Assembly (NCBI RefSeq): GCF_964204645.1
Contig: NC_134026.1
Location: forward strand, 28,430,150 to 28,494,149
Direction of reading: 5' to 3'
DNA from: Tubulanus polymorphus
Taxonomy: Eukaryota; Animalia; Nemertea
Length of the DNA: 64,000 nucleotides
Both the position numbers and the translations under genes were made by a program. Positions 49,901-64,000 of the stretch are shown in pieces. Numbering within the stretch: the stretch's first letter is position 1; every line of letters starts with the position of its first letter. The notes under the pieces are model-generated. The model saw nothing but the letters and a program-made list of their open reading frames with translations. It searched no databases and had not been told where the DNA came from.

Positions 49901-52392
49901 AATAGGCCAGCAATTACGCAGAAGATTGGAAAGAGCCCCTGCGGGTAAAGATTCAATCACACGCGAATGTCGGTGCCTTGGGAACAGTCTTTCACAAGTT
50001 GCTTACGTGAAGAAAGGCACAAGCGAGCATATCTCTGGCAAACGTCATGTTGAAATGTATTCTGAAGTTTAATAAGAAACATAAAATTTCTTGCTTGTCT
50101 CAGACATCGGCGTCGTGTTTCACGGCAAGCGTGCAGAGCTCGCAGTTCCTCGGTGACTTTGACTACAACAGTTTTATTTCTATTCGTGAAATCCACAATT
50201 ATAGGTGCACAAAGCTCCGTGCAAATTCCCCGTGCTTTACAGTCGGAGCCCGAGTTATTTACTTGTAATCTGATGAAGTTCCCGTCGAAGATTTTCTTCC
50301 GCAGACATCTTTTATTTGTTTGATCACGGGGCGAAGCTCTGTAAACCAATCCCTAGAATGGTTTTTATGTGGGAGTACGTAGTTACCTTTAAAGCTACCA
50401 ATCTGAGAAATGTAACAATAAGACGTAAAGCCTCTATCCGTAAACAACTAATGCTAGACAATCCCCATCTAACCATGTAAGAAAATTATGAATAAATTTG
50501 TTTTGATATTCCGCGTCTTGTTTCTGGAATGTATGAAAATCGAATCAAGTAACATGAGGTATGGGAATCGCGTCTTCTCCGGTGAAGCATGATAAAAGAT
50601 ACCGTTGTATTGAATTTGTAACAGACGAAGAAGGTTCTTATTTATCTGTAGGTGCGCGCAACTTCTCTACGTGAGAAAATCTTTCAATAATTTATCGAAT
50701 TTCGCATTTCTTCTATTGTTCACATATGAAGATTCGGTGCGAGAGCCAGCTCTCCGATATCAAAGTCTGCATGTGCAAAGGTAGGAGTTATAATCACTTT
50801 GATACTGACAAACGAAAAAATCATCTTCACCACATTGAAGAATCGAAATGGTAAATTCTCGTCCAACCAGATCAAAGAACTTCCAAACAACGTCCGTCGT
50901 TTCCATGACATCTTTCAATTTTCCCCCAATGAGCACAGTAAAGTCATCCCATCGGCTCGGACTAATGCAACTAGGCAAAGAGCATATATTACTTCACTCT
51001 GTTCTGTTTAGTTTCATCAAACTGCGCGTCTATCTATTTAGTTGTTACTTGTTACCTGTGCACAGCAATATAAACAAGCATTTGTACCTGTTTTATCATC
51101 GCACAAGCAGTTCTTTTTATTAATGTATAGCTCTCTTAAAAAGATAGATATCAAATATTCACTGCATAGAATTTCAACATACTCGGTACTAGCGTGTGTA
51201 CTTATCCCACACAAACAAGTCTCTCGACCTTGCTACGGTTTCTGATGGAAATGACAGAAGTGTTTTAAACCGAATATTCTTGGCTAGACGTAACAAATGT
51301 CTTTGTGTTACAAATTTAATTGAACATTTGAACGGTATGAATTGACTCTGAAGCGTCATCTCGGTATTTAAAAGTTTTCGATGGACTTTTTCTCAAAGTT
51401 GACGTGCATCTCATCGCTAGATGAGCCCCTTCTCTGGAAATACTCGTATTTTTACGAGTTCTCGGGTTGAAACTCCTTCAATCAAAATTCTCTGTGTAGG
51501 TTCTTGTGCGAACGTGATGCGACAACAAACTGTATTGATTTGAAAGTCGCGTTACTAAAGACAATTTGTCAAAGTAAATATTTGATGAGTAGAATCTGTA
51601 AAATCAGCTGTGCAAGTAACTAGGAGAAAATAATTAGATTTCTACGCTTCGAACGTCATGTGACGCTGCTTGAGATGATTTCGCGGTTGTTCGGATATGT
51701 ATATAGTTTAGATCTGAAAGATCGTTATACTTTGAATTCCTATCGGGGAAGTACGATTTTTGTATTGATCAAAGAACTTTGCCACTCAACTCCTGCTTCG
51801 AGATCTAATAACCTCTTTTGTCAAGACTTTATACACGAACTGTTTTTGACTGACATAAGAGTATGGAGCGCTTGAGAAATCCCAGTTAACCGGGCATATC
51901 ACACAGTCCCAACACGTATTCACGTTAGAAAATAACGGTTGTCGATTGATAGGTACCGGTAGAGATCTGACGGCAACGGCTCATTTGCGCCTGTCCAGAC
52001 CAGTCAATTTTAGTCCGATTTCCTGGTTACAGAATTGCTTGGTAATTTGCTGTGCTGATCTTCTTTGCCATATATCGTGGTTGATGATGCGAATAGTTTG
52101 TTCTATAAGTTAATCAATCATATCGGGACACAGGGTAAACAGGCGGTATGGTCTCATTCCACACTTTCGTCGCGTATTGAATGATGAGAAAATCGAATGT
52201 CGTCGCTATTGAGTTTGACTCCTTAGAAGAAATAGGTCTTACGCGTGGATCGCGTCTCAGTGTCAATGTTCGGTTGGTTATCGCCAGTCTAGAGTAGAAC
52301 TTCATTTTTCATTTCTATCCGTAATTATGTAATTTTTATCTCTTTGGCCATTAATCGGCCTTTTGGGCGTATATCAGATTGTCGTATGTTTC

Positions 52393-52506
52393 CATCTTGT
52401 CGATACAAGGACTAAAGACAAACCTTCTTTGTGTCTAAGACGTTGTATGTGCAATACAGACTGCGACATTTTCGTCAATTTCTGTCCGAAATGTGCGCAG
52501 CTGAAG
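52393..52506 (+). pseudogene. Possible decayed LTR-retrotransposon integrase zinc-finger fragment
   Basis: HLVDTRTKDK...MCNTDCDIFVNFCPKCAQLK resembles the H-x-G-xx-RT...M-xx-D-xxx-FV-xx-C-xx-C pattern of Gypsy integrase H2C2. Confidence 0.3.
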
Positions 52507-55500
52507 GATGGTGTACAACCGTTCTTTTATTACTCTTCCGAGACCGATAATTGTTCAGTGTAAGACCATAATAGGTCCTAGCTTCGTTAAGGTTTGCTGC
52601 GTTGGCGAATGTTTTCTTTTCTCCACGGAAATAACGTGGTTATTACGAGGAGGTAGGAAGCCGAGAAAATATATTCGTCTCCAGACACGGACTGACACGA
52701 CCACTGTCACCTGCCATTGGCATGTTGGGAAATTATATGCAGTCTTTCAGCCTTATACACAAGTGCGGTACATAAAGTTACAGTTTCGAAGGATGGCTAG
52801 GTATATAACCTAGAGCATAAAAATGTATGCAATCTATCTAACCTGAACGAGTGGATCATTTCAATTAGTCTAATGTTTGTAGCAATAAGTGATTAATTAG
52901 TGACTGGCTTAAGTTATCTATATACTTGCTGCATCAAGATCTACACCATTTCATCGATGATGCGATAAGAACTTCGATTGTAGCAGAAGGCGATTTGAAC
53001 CGACAGACGGGAAACCTATATGATAAAATACAGCAACATCTCCAAACCTTACATTTCGCTTTTAACCGGCGCATATATAGATAATATTTCATAGTATCCT
53101 GAAAACTTTGCATCCTCTTCCTAATCGATGACATAATTGATCTTTGTCGAAGTTAACTTTAACTTCAGGATGTTTCAGGCGCTAGTCATGCCATTCGCGG
53201 TTCAATTAAGACCCCATAGATCAGTGGTAACTCAATAACTCTCCAGTGTCTTCAGGGATATAACCGTATAGCGGAGTATAACATTCCAACAACTCAATCA
53301 TGTTTCTCATTTATCCCTGGATACCGAATTTGAGTTGATCAACGCGTGTTTCAGAAACTGTTGCTTCCCACGAGTTGATGGCTAATTGTACCCAACAGGA
53401 CCGTTTGGATCTTTTAGTCATTCTTCGCTCAGTATATATGTATATATATATCGAGGAATCGAAACTAAATGCTGGTTATGAAAATCTCCTATTTTGAAGC
53501 ATGGACAACGGGTAACTTTGGAGATAACATCGAGGCGTTATTTCCAAAATAAAAAGGAAAATTCTCGATCACAACTCTCAACAAGAAATTCGCTTTCCAC
53601 ACTGAAACTATGATAAACTATGTTCAAATATTGATATTCTGCCACGAGTTATAGATTGCCACATTAAATATATCTGTATTCTCTAAATAGCAGCGATTTC
53701 TGGCCCTTCGGCAATGTAACAACGTCTGCAGAAATAGTATATTAGATTTAATAATTTATGACAACAGTATTTCGAACAATTTATTTCCTCGATTGAATGT
53801 GAACTGATGCGTGCGCGGAGAACTGTATCGGGCGAATTCTCTGAATCGTTTGGTTCAATGAACCTCGTAGAAATCTATGATATGTGATTAGTTTAGTAAA
53901 ATTAATGCAGGAAATCTACTGCTAATCACACACGTATTACTGTGATAAAATGTTTCCATGGTTACATACATGGGAACGAAATCAAAACTAAAATCAGCCT
54001 TGAAAAGATCATAGATTTGTACTTATTTGTGATGGCGACGACGAACGAGAAAAGTTTGCTATGTGACCCTGAAATACCCATCTTACTTGGAAATAGAATA
54101 GCCTATGGAAATATCAAAGATATGCTGCGAAATAGTGAATTACGCGATGTCGGATTGAATCTGAATCTGAGACAGAATCTGAATGATATTATAGTTGAAA
54201 CTGGCGGTACCAAGTGACTTAGTATGACACATTAATGGGTTATTATCTGTAATTCCCAAAACGCGCTATATGATCTAGTCAGGTGAAACACTAACAACTG
54301 CGGGAGAGATCCATCATCAGCGTGGACTTTCCGTTCTTAAACAAACCTGACCGATTTGTGTGTTACGAATCTTAGTTTATCTTGAAATTCTTGCGTAAGT
54401 CTGAGGTCGACAGTGTAACACGTCTAAGCCATTCTTATGGGAATTTCTCGAGTCACAGGTAATCATGCATACAGATGATTCTTTTCCACGAGGGAGCTCA
54501 TCTTCACGGAAATATCGCGATTAAACTTCCGCCCAACACTATTTCACGGATACGACGGAAAAACACGCCGGACGGATAATTAGATTCTTAATTCGATATT
54601 TAGAAATTAAAAGATGCTCCTAAACCAATTCGCTTGGCGTATTAAGAGATTTTGTCGAAGGAAAGGAAGAATGTCACAGCTATCCTGTTAATTAGAAACA
54701 TCATCGAAACGCTATCGGCAACTCTTCAGGGACTCACTGAACACCCAGCGATGAGGAATCTCTTTTTGTCGGAATTAATTATAAATTTACCGACGTGACC
54801 TTATTCAGAACTTTTCGGTACCCGGGGAATAGATATATTTGCGAGGGAACCTTGATGAAATTGGCTGTCATTTTTCTTTTTCCTCTTGTGATTTGGATTG
54901 AATATTTCATTAGAATACAACATGAATTTACGCACTACACACACATTATCATCAGCATTAAAACCCTGAATACTGAATAGTGTAGAACAAAGGTGACATT
55001 CAATACTAGTCAACGTTTACACATTTGAAAAAGGTATAGGCAGATGAGAAATGAATGATATTCATGATTGTTAATTCTCTTTACGCGTAAGAGATGAGTT
55101 TGTATAGATAATGGTGTCAGTCCCGTGTTGGGAATACGATCAATATGTCTCATTCTCTTTCAAATTTGGCTCAGTGTCCGCAGAATAACCGAACTGTACC
55201 ACGATGCACCGAAGGGCGTTTCAAATAACTGTCGGTGGTAATTTCAGTTATTCGATTATTGTGAACAGAGACGAATGGTATCATACGTTTGGATATAGGG
55301 AATGAATTCATTCACATTACTGCGATGGTCGTGAACGCGTTCACCGACTTCGAATGTTGGGTTGATTCAGCTTCGTGATCTGTTTCAGTATTCTTCATTA
55401 TTTCGACAGTTACTTCGTGGTATTTCAGCCCCGTAGACACGATGCAAAATGAACTGCGCATCTTAATTGATTCGATTCCTTATTGCCGCCAACGGCAAGT

Positions 55501-58500
55501 TTAAACTAATTAATTCGATGCGTCGACATCAAAAACTAATCGATGTCAAGATCCACCTAGCACAGGAAGTCACTTGGACGCGAGGTACCAACTGATTGGA
55601 TTGGCGATCGTGTCATCAACGAAATGGACTCAATTTAGTCATTTATACATCGCATATAGATATGTTTTTTTTATGAACTAATTCACGTCCCGGGTCGACA
55701 GCAGATATACAGGGCATCGGTGAAGTAATTTCGTTTGCTTTTATTGAATCTATATCCCGGAAGTTACTCAGAGAATTCAATTCGCAAAGCCATTTTTATA
55801 ATTGGACTGCTTGGGTGGAAATTGGGACAGGAATCTAGTCGAATGCTTTTTATCCAATATTCCATGAAATGTCCGCCCGTATTTGACGCACCCGTATCTC
55901 ACACTGGTGTCCTATAATATCCCTATTTATCGTTTTATTCCTCATACGAAGCTTAGAGTAACCGATTATTTATGAAAATAGCGTTTCATATATCATATAA
56001 AAAGGTCAAGTCTCTTGCTTCCGACGAACGTCATACATTATGCATATACTATGGACAGGAGCCTTAGTCTCCTCGGGGCTGCGGTACATGATTTATAGTC
56101 GTATGGTATAAATTATTAAGTGCTTGCAAACACTGAAAATTTCAATTTAAAAGCGCTCCCCATGTGATATATTAGCTTCAAATAGCTGTAACGACATTGA
56201 AATGAAATCGATTGGATGAATTCGTGAACCGACGTTTCTAATTGAATTCCAAATGAATTAAGCGAATTAGAATGGTCGATTAGAATAATGATACATATTG
56301 AAAATTTCTCAATCAATCCATTATAAAATGTTGCATGAATAGAGTCAAATAGTCCAAATATAGGCAGCGAATATTGCATATCGATGGTCAATCACGTAAT
56401 CCCGATACCTAATCCTAACTTTAGAAGTGTTTAATTTCACTTATCACAAATCCAGCTCTTATCCTGTATAACCTTGGGAGCCCGATGACCTGGCCATCTC
56501 AAAAATCTTGATCAATGATACATAATTGCGTTAACGGATATTCCCGAAGAGACCTGTCATAGTCCTTAACCTAACGTCCCATCTCAGCCCACTGATTCCA
56601 TACAGTTTAGTAATCTTATAAAGTTGATGATTTAACATACTTCAATCGCGTAGATACATCTCGCATATCTTGTAACATGCAACTTCCCCGATCTCAACAT
56701 GCATGAACGCAAATTAGCGCTGCTCTCCTTCTATTTTTAAGTGAACGCCTATCGACGATTTGTTCATTACGTAACTTGTAATGCTAAAGTCATCGCGGCA
56801 AGTCTCCGTCGTCTTCGAGAGCAAAATAAATCTCAAAAACAAATAGAAACAAATGACACCCACGCAGCAAAACGTCATTGCACACGTAACTGATCGTAAA
56901 GAATTCGAAAAAATAGCCGTCATTATTTACACTGCGAACTGTGCATATTCCCGCGTTTAGTTTAACCGTTATCGACGTATAAATTAGTCTATACGTCCAC
57001 GGTTCAACACTGGCCCTTGGGTGTCGATGTTTAATCATGCTAGCCCTAATGGTCACTTACCCACTTTTGTTAGTATCCACAAGCTTCGCATCTCCAGCTA
57101 CAACCATTTTCAATCTATACGAAGCAAGGCTGACTGCAAACCTTTGTTTCAGTTCGATAAAAATAGAAAGAAAATACATGTTGCTTCTGAAGTTTACGCT
57201 CAGATGTGCTGTATTATCCATATATGTGGGAATTCATCTTAAAAAAGAAAAACTAGAACAAATTCTACTTGTTTGCTACAAAGAATTATGTAAAGAAGTG
57301 TCTGCAACTCTGGCGCAATGGGTCATTTACAAAATTCTGATTTGTTAACGAAACAAGATTTTTCGATTCTATTTAAACCTTAATATTTTCGTTATCAAGA
57401 TTTCTCAATATCCATTCTGTTACAAAGGTTAAAGCGCTGAGAAATTGAGGTGTTGATTATCAGCAGCCTATAGTTACTTGGTAATTAACGTTCCAAGATA
57501 TATCGTGAATATATTTGACCGGGTAGGCCAAGAGTTTAAGTTGGTAATTATCAGACGATACAATAGAGGAAGGAGTTTAAAGGTATTTCAGAGAGAAAAT
57601 TCATTCTAAATCATTATCCTTAAGTATGAACAAAACCATTCCATGTGGTAGCGCTTTAACGATCAAATCACCGATATCGCTTTTCATAAACTCCGAGTTA
57701 GCGATCTCCTAACTTATCGATCTAAAATCGTAATCATTTTTGAGGTCGCAGTAACTTTGATCAACTGCGTGATCGTTTATAGATCGATGTCAAATTACGA
57801 GGCGGGCGGTTTTTATGACTTTCATAAATCTTCAAAAATCTAGATAGGATTTAGCTACCGAAATGTTTTACTAGTTTCATTGGACGTTGTTTAGTGAGCC
57901 GAATACATTTTCTACATCCCGATGGTTCATTATCTCTGACAAAATGTCCCGTTTAAAGGTTTTAACGTTCAATTCAGTTCCATTCTAGAATGTTTTTACA
58001 AGTAGTGTTGTAAATTTCCGATCGTCGCATCGAAAATTCGTTTCGCGCACATTAATTAATTGGATATAGTTTATGATTTGGAAATTATTTTCAGACGGAG
58101 CAGAAACCTACGAAGTGAAAATCCCAGCGCCGTGACACTGCATTCATCATATCGTAACGTAAATCAAAAATCGTAAATGTCGGAGAAAAAACCTTTGGGT
58201 ATTCATGCTCTTACATAAGACGATCCTTAGCTAATGGATTTTAGATAATGGCGGTTAATTTATCGGCAACAGATCAAGTCGGATAAAGAGAATATTCCGA
58301 ATATGCAAATAATCCATTTTTTCTGCTGTCTGAAGACGTGCGTACTTCACCATAAATCTATAGATAAGAAATATTGTCTGGATTCTAAATCAGCAATCGT
58401 CCCAAATGGCCGAGGACGATGATCTAGTTCTATTTTTAGTGCAAATTACGAACTGCGAGATTCGAAACAATATTTTGATCGCCGATGAAAGTTGCAAGAG

Positions 58501-60274
58501 TAAACATCACTTTTGATTGGAAGCTGTTTTGATTTTTTTACCACGACCTGCGGAGGCTAATCGGGAATATCAGATCACAATATCGAAAGTACTTTCATCC
58601 GCCAGTTTCCGGCATTATTCACTATAGATTGGAATCAACTGGAAATGTTCCTCGTGACACGATCAGCAATATAACGAATGATCTTTCTAAATAAAGTCTA
58701 TACAAACATCGATATTCGATATTGATTATTGGACTTTAACAAGCATAAATATAAAATAATCGGTTTATTCATTGATTGACTCTAGACGAGACAGAACGAG
58801 TAGGCCTAAGGATATACTGGCATCGCGTATGCATCCACGTCAAGTGACTGAATACTTTCAATTTGATGTTTTATGATACTGAGTGACAGCGGTCTCCGAC
58901 CATGGAACATACTCAATACCAGTGAATTCCAAAACTACTAAACGCCAAGACGCTCGCTTCTATGGTCCCATATTTGCACTGATAACCATTTCAGTCACGC
59001 TTCATTAGACAGAGCGCTTATCGGTAGCTATTTTTATCCACCCGATTCCGAAGTAAATTGTTCTTAATCTATACTCGATATCTACAGTGTAACTGGTGAG
59101 GCGAGGATGCACCGTCGATCATTACTTGGATATCGTCTGCGATAGATAGCCAGGGACAATCTCGACAAGTCAACCATTAAATAGCATTTCATGACATCAT
59201 CGCTGATGAGGTAAAACAGGGTGTATTAATGCGCGTAATGGCGGCTAATTCCATTGACCTCGTGACCTTATCATCTTCAACGTTGACATTGGACCGATTC
59301 AAGGTGAAGGCCGCCTACTGGGAAATGGCTAAGTTATTGGTTGCTCACCTCGAATGCGATGTTCAGTTGATAGCGATATCGACTCCGATGATTCATGATT
59401 CGGTTGAAATCTTTTTTTTTATCGAGATATGAATCTTCTAGTAGGGTATTCGGGTTACATATCAGCCATCCCCTTCAATCCGTGGTCTTAATGTTCGTGG
59501 GAGCATTCGATGAATTTTTCATGTGCAGTACTTTTGGTCGTTAGCGGTTGGATATCGACGAACGTCAAAGAGGATTGTCTGAATTGTCGGCAATTCGTCA
59601 TCTAATCTTCAAAGCAATTAAAATATCGTGACGGATCTATCAGTATTAAAAGGTCAAACTACTACCCTCATAAATTCCTACATATCAATCAATCTCTGAA
59701 TAGTCTAAAACTCCGACACGCCGACGTGGATGCCCTTTCCCTTCGGGACATCATTAACTAATTTTTCTTTAGAAAAACGATCTATACCCATCAGATGATA
59801 GCGCGACAGTTGATAGATCGATTTACAAATCATCAACTCTTGCTAAATAGATAGTATTTTTATGACTGTCGATTCGGTTTTTTCAGCTGTCAGCCTAGTC
59901 GCTTATCTTCGGTAACGATTGTGATCTGGCGCGTTTTCAATCATTCTCAACGAATTCAAACCTTTCATTATACAACCGAATCAGCAGCAATCGTTACAAC
60001 AAATCGCTAAAGATTTAACTCGATTCGTAGAATGGTCCATTCTACCTCGTTCTACCTCATTCCGCCTTCGAATCGATTTTGATTTAATGCCTCAATCCAC
60101 GCCTACTGTACGACATTCGCAGAAGTTAATGATACATTTCTTCATCGGTTGATGGAATTTTATTAAATTATTTAGAAAATTGTATATAAACTGAAAGCTT
60201 TTACGGATATCAATACGTGAATACCGTCACTCTAAATGATACTATTGATGATGTTTCCGAATTGCTTTATCAAA

Positions 60275-60336
60275 CCTCTCCCCCTCTCTCTCCCCATCTC
60301 TCTCTCTCTCTCTCTTTCCTCCCCCTCTCTCCCTCT
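60275..60336. repeat. CT-rich polypyrimidine microsatellite
   Basis: CCTCTCCCCCTCTCTC...CTCTCTCTCTCTCTTTCCTCCCCCTCTCTCCCTCT. Confidence 0.8.
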
Positions 60337-63300
60337 GTTGAGAGTGCGTGCAGGGATCTCATCTCGATTCATCTAAATCCGCCGTTTATTTTCCATCAAT
60401 TTCACCATGAAATTCTAAACGATACCGCGGCACCGAGTGCACGGAAATGAAAGACTCTGGGCCCCGCAAATTGGTAATGATTTTACAAGAAGAAAGGCAA
60501 ACAAAATCATCTCGAAACCTTGATAATGATCGACCATTAAGTTGTGGCAACGAATAAGTTCGGTTAGCGAATAAAGCTTGAGCACAAATTCGGTAAAATA
60601 TGACTAATCGATAGAACTAACGTTTACGAGTTTAAAGATGGCATCTTTGTTACCGCGGGGGTTTTATGCGCTGAAAATGGCCTCAATAGTCTTCACGTGG
60701 TGTCATCAGAATTTCAGCTATAAAGACATAAAATAACGTTAATACGACTGTGCAACTGATGGCTCGGTGTTCATTTTACGTCAACACTAGCTCGCCAGGT
60801 TCCTGTCAGACGTTAATCATTTCATATGCCCCATTTGCAATCTACACCACGGAGATTTTCGTCGACGTGAATGCGCGTATTTCCCCTCACAAAAAGAACC
60901 CGTTTGGAATATAGAATTCCCCGCTGCTCGCCATCATCTGATATGTCAGTAATGTACAGCAAAATGACGTGTGTTGCTTATTGCCACCATGAATATTGTC
61001 AGGTTTCTCCAAACACCTTTTTTGCCTTTGGGACATCAAATGGGTTGATTTCAGAGAAAACACGAGATTCGGTTTGAAGAAAATATTTTTACAAGCGCCG
61101 TACGACTTGTTTCGTTTCCCAGTAGCGTGAATTTCTAAGGTTTTAGTGTTGAGATTATGCGCTGGTAAGAACAGCGATACTTCAGATTCTTCAACCGTGA
61201 AATTCTACACACAAGCCCACCAGCATCGTGTACGATTATACACGAGAGAATAGAAAATCGGCCGGCAGGAGGAAGCATATTGATATCTCTAAAATAAAAT
61301 AAAAACAACCTATCAACGAAACGCAAAGCGAGCGTATATTGTTGAAATATTATCACCACAGCAACGGATTAGGTTTTTGCTTTATGTGCCTATCGGCTGT
61401 CTTTATTCTTATCTTTTCAGTACGCTGGTTAATTCTGAATGTAAATATGAAAATTGCATGCGGCATTTGACATACGATGTCTGGCATAAGTCACCATATT
61501 CATTAAATTATCTATTGTCTTAATCCTGAAAGCTGGCTGTATTAACGAAAATAATTGTAACGCCACATTTTTACATTGTCATAGCCTAAAAGAACTTTTG
61601 GTTATATCTCATGAGGAGCCTAACCAAAAAACCTAACTCTTCCGTGCTGTGAACAGTTGGTCCTTTCCTGGGGGATGCTTCAGAGTTCTTAGATATACTT
61701 ATTACTGGATAAGTTAAAATGATTAACGCTGTACAAGAACGATTTCCAGAGTCACTCGACACTCAGTTACTAACTATCCCAAGTTGTCACTGTCAACAGT
61801 TTGAAGTGCTTTTTGACATCATTTATCCATTCCGCTTGTCACCATTTTATAGATTAAGTGCCGAGTTATTGAGAGAACTACTTCAAAAAGGATCATCTAA
61901 CAACGGGTTTCCAAATATATACCAGTACAAGCAAATAGAATAACAGATTAGCATGTGAAGCGTCACGATCGAGTATTATCCATTCTAATGATCGCTAGTT
62001 CGCTCCATTCACACACCGCCCCAACATGGATGCAAACTTTACCGTCGAAGTCACGGAGAGGAGGACTAGTAAATTACCGAATCATGACACTGAATTCGGT
62101 TTATCTTATTACCAGTGGATAGTATGTAAAGCAAAATTGATTTAATTCAATTACACCGACACAAAGATAGTTTGAACTATTGCCCACTGGGAATTAGTTA
62201 ATCACCATCATTGATGAAGCTTCAAACTAATGACAACTTATTAATAACTGGGTTTACAACTTTCGAATTAACAGTTGTTAACATCAACCGCCATCAACTT
62301 AAAACCTCGGATCCTGTTTTACGAAATCATGAATACAATACCTCAATATTCCACTGATTTTCAGGTTAATAGCATCATCTATATGACATAAACATTAAGT
62401 ACACTGCTTGCAATTACCTTTGTATTTTATCAATGCAGCATGCATTATGATACACGATTGTTAGTCTATGTCAAAATATTACTTGTTACGCCAGCGACTC
62501 CATATAGTTTTCGTCAAGGGAATGTAACGTTTTTCGAATGATATCATAATAGTTTTTTATCAAAATTGATGTTCCCGCTGTTTCTCTTACTACATTTTGC
62601 GTTGGAATTATTTAGTAAATTAATTACACGCTTGTGCTGCTGGTCCTGTGATGGATGGGACTCGTTAGGATTGCTACACAGTTATCAAACCCCATAGCTT
62701 AAACGTTATGCACCTGAACATTCAACGAAACGATTCAACACAATTTCTCCATAACTACAGTTGATACAGGATAGATATTGAGATTATAAAGAAATATTAT
62801 TTCAATGTTTATCTAGTGCGGTAAATATGCTTTTCCTTGGGGGGTTAAGCATTACAGATACTCAACGATGATTCATTATCAATTTTTGCTTTGCTGCCAC
62901 GCTATCCATCAAGACTCTCAAACCTACGTAGTTCATTGTCCATAATCGTTTAGATAACACTTGGCGGATAGTTATCATTCCGAGCGGCCTTTCTTAATTA
63001 CCTCTCGTAGAAACGTTTCGGAATATTTCCTGTCCGGTAAAACCCAGCTCACACTGCTACACTATATCTTAATACAGTACAGCTGTTTTGTTGTTGGATT
63101 TAATTCAGTTAACTTTTAACTTTTAAGATTTAACTAATTCTGGAGTGTGGGCTACTGGAGTGTCAGTAATTGCTCATTGTTCTATTATTAATAACTGCAG
63201 CGCTTTAGGCCTTGCGCTAACGCCACGACTGTGAGCGACATCAGTCGTTTGCATGCTGTCGATTTTCAGTGTTTTGTCGATAGTAACACCATCGTCGGTT

Positions 63301-64000
63301 TGTAACTGTTCTCTTCACCTTCGCAATCGAGCTGTTCGCGTAACTGCAACTGTGAATACTATATTTCTGGATACAGTCATCACCAGTCTCCGTAATAAAC
63401 ACTGGATTAGCAGTTAGACACAGCAGGTGGGTAAAGTTACTAAATATTCTAATAAAAACACCGAATTCCTCGTAAAAGTTTTCATAAATTGTGGGTTAAC
63501 ATTCGTGATTTTTTTGATTGACTGAAAACGATCTCATTTCGACATCAATTCAAGCCACCAGTTGGAAATATGTGGTTCCTAACAATCTACTTACTATTGA
63601 CATTGAAAGAGGGAATTTTCGGTCTTATTCGTATGATTGATTGATTTGATTTGGTGTCATTTACAAACTCACCACACCTGCCGGGAACGAAACAGGGGTT
63701 TAATGAACCCAATAGTTGAATAAACTGTGGTTAACTGCATTACATATGTATATTGAAAAATGATAGCCACATATACATATTGCATCACACTTAGAATCTG
63801 GTAATTGGAAATCGTTCCCACGTTAATTCAGTTTATTAACGATGTGAACATTTTGTAATACATGTTAAGTTGTCCGTCGAGTTGGAGATTCCTTCTATCC
63901 GTCAGACGCCAAAGTCACAATCAACAAAATCTTCTATTTTTACGCGAGATATATAATTAATGAATTATAATTATTTCTTTGCTAAATGAATCAGACGGAA

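Noticed and set aside
49957-51245. Cluster of overlapping 60-130 aa ORFs
   Set aside because: No motifs or consistent splice signals, mostly non-ATG starts; consistent with chance ORFs.

Overview
AT-rich, intron-containing animal genomic DNA, probably from a protostome invertebrate (miR-2-type seeds are present). From left to right it contains: the 3' half of BLTP2/KIAA0100 (hobbit); three tandem paralogous 7-exon genes with an unusual TIR-like + ZU5/UPA-like architecture; an orphan gene with an MGxxxS start; an intronless rhodopsin-type GPCR; a modular TSP1-EGF-TSP1-Ig-Ig trypsin-like protease with an antisense intronic tRNA-Ser(AGA); an SLC13 transporter; a C-type lectin-like gene, possibly decayed; an MS4A-like tetraspan gene; and about 23 kb with no recognisable gene. 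The standout is inside the 4.5-kb BLTP2 intron (2050-6522). It holds an antisense array of about 18 pre-miRNA-like hairpins whose 3p arms start UAGCACA (15 copies), UAUCACAG (2 copies, miR-2 seed) or UGGCACA (1 copy). The array has minus-strand G:U pairs, CNNC motifs at the expected distance and a candidate TATA promoter, so it looks like a lineage-specific polycistronic miRNA cluster. A minimal Penelope-type hammerhead ribozyme lies in another BLTP2 intron. All calls come from reading the sequence by eye and from recalled family motifs; no searches or folding programs were run.
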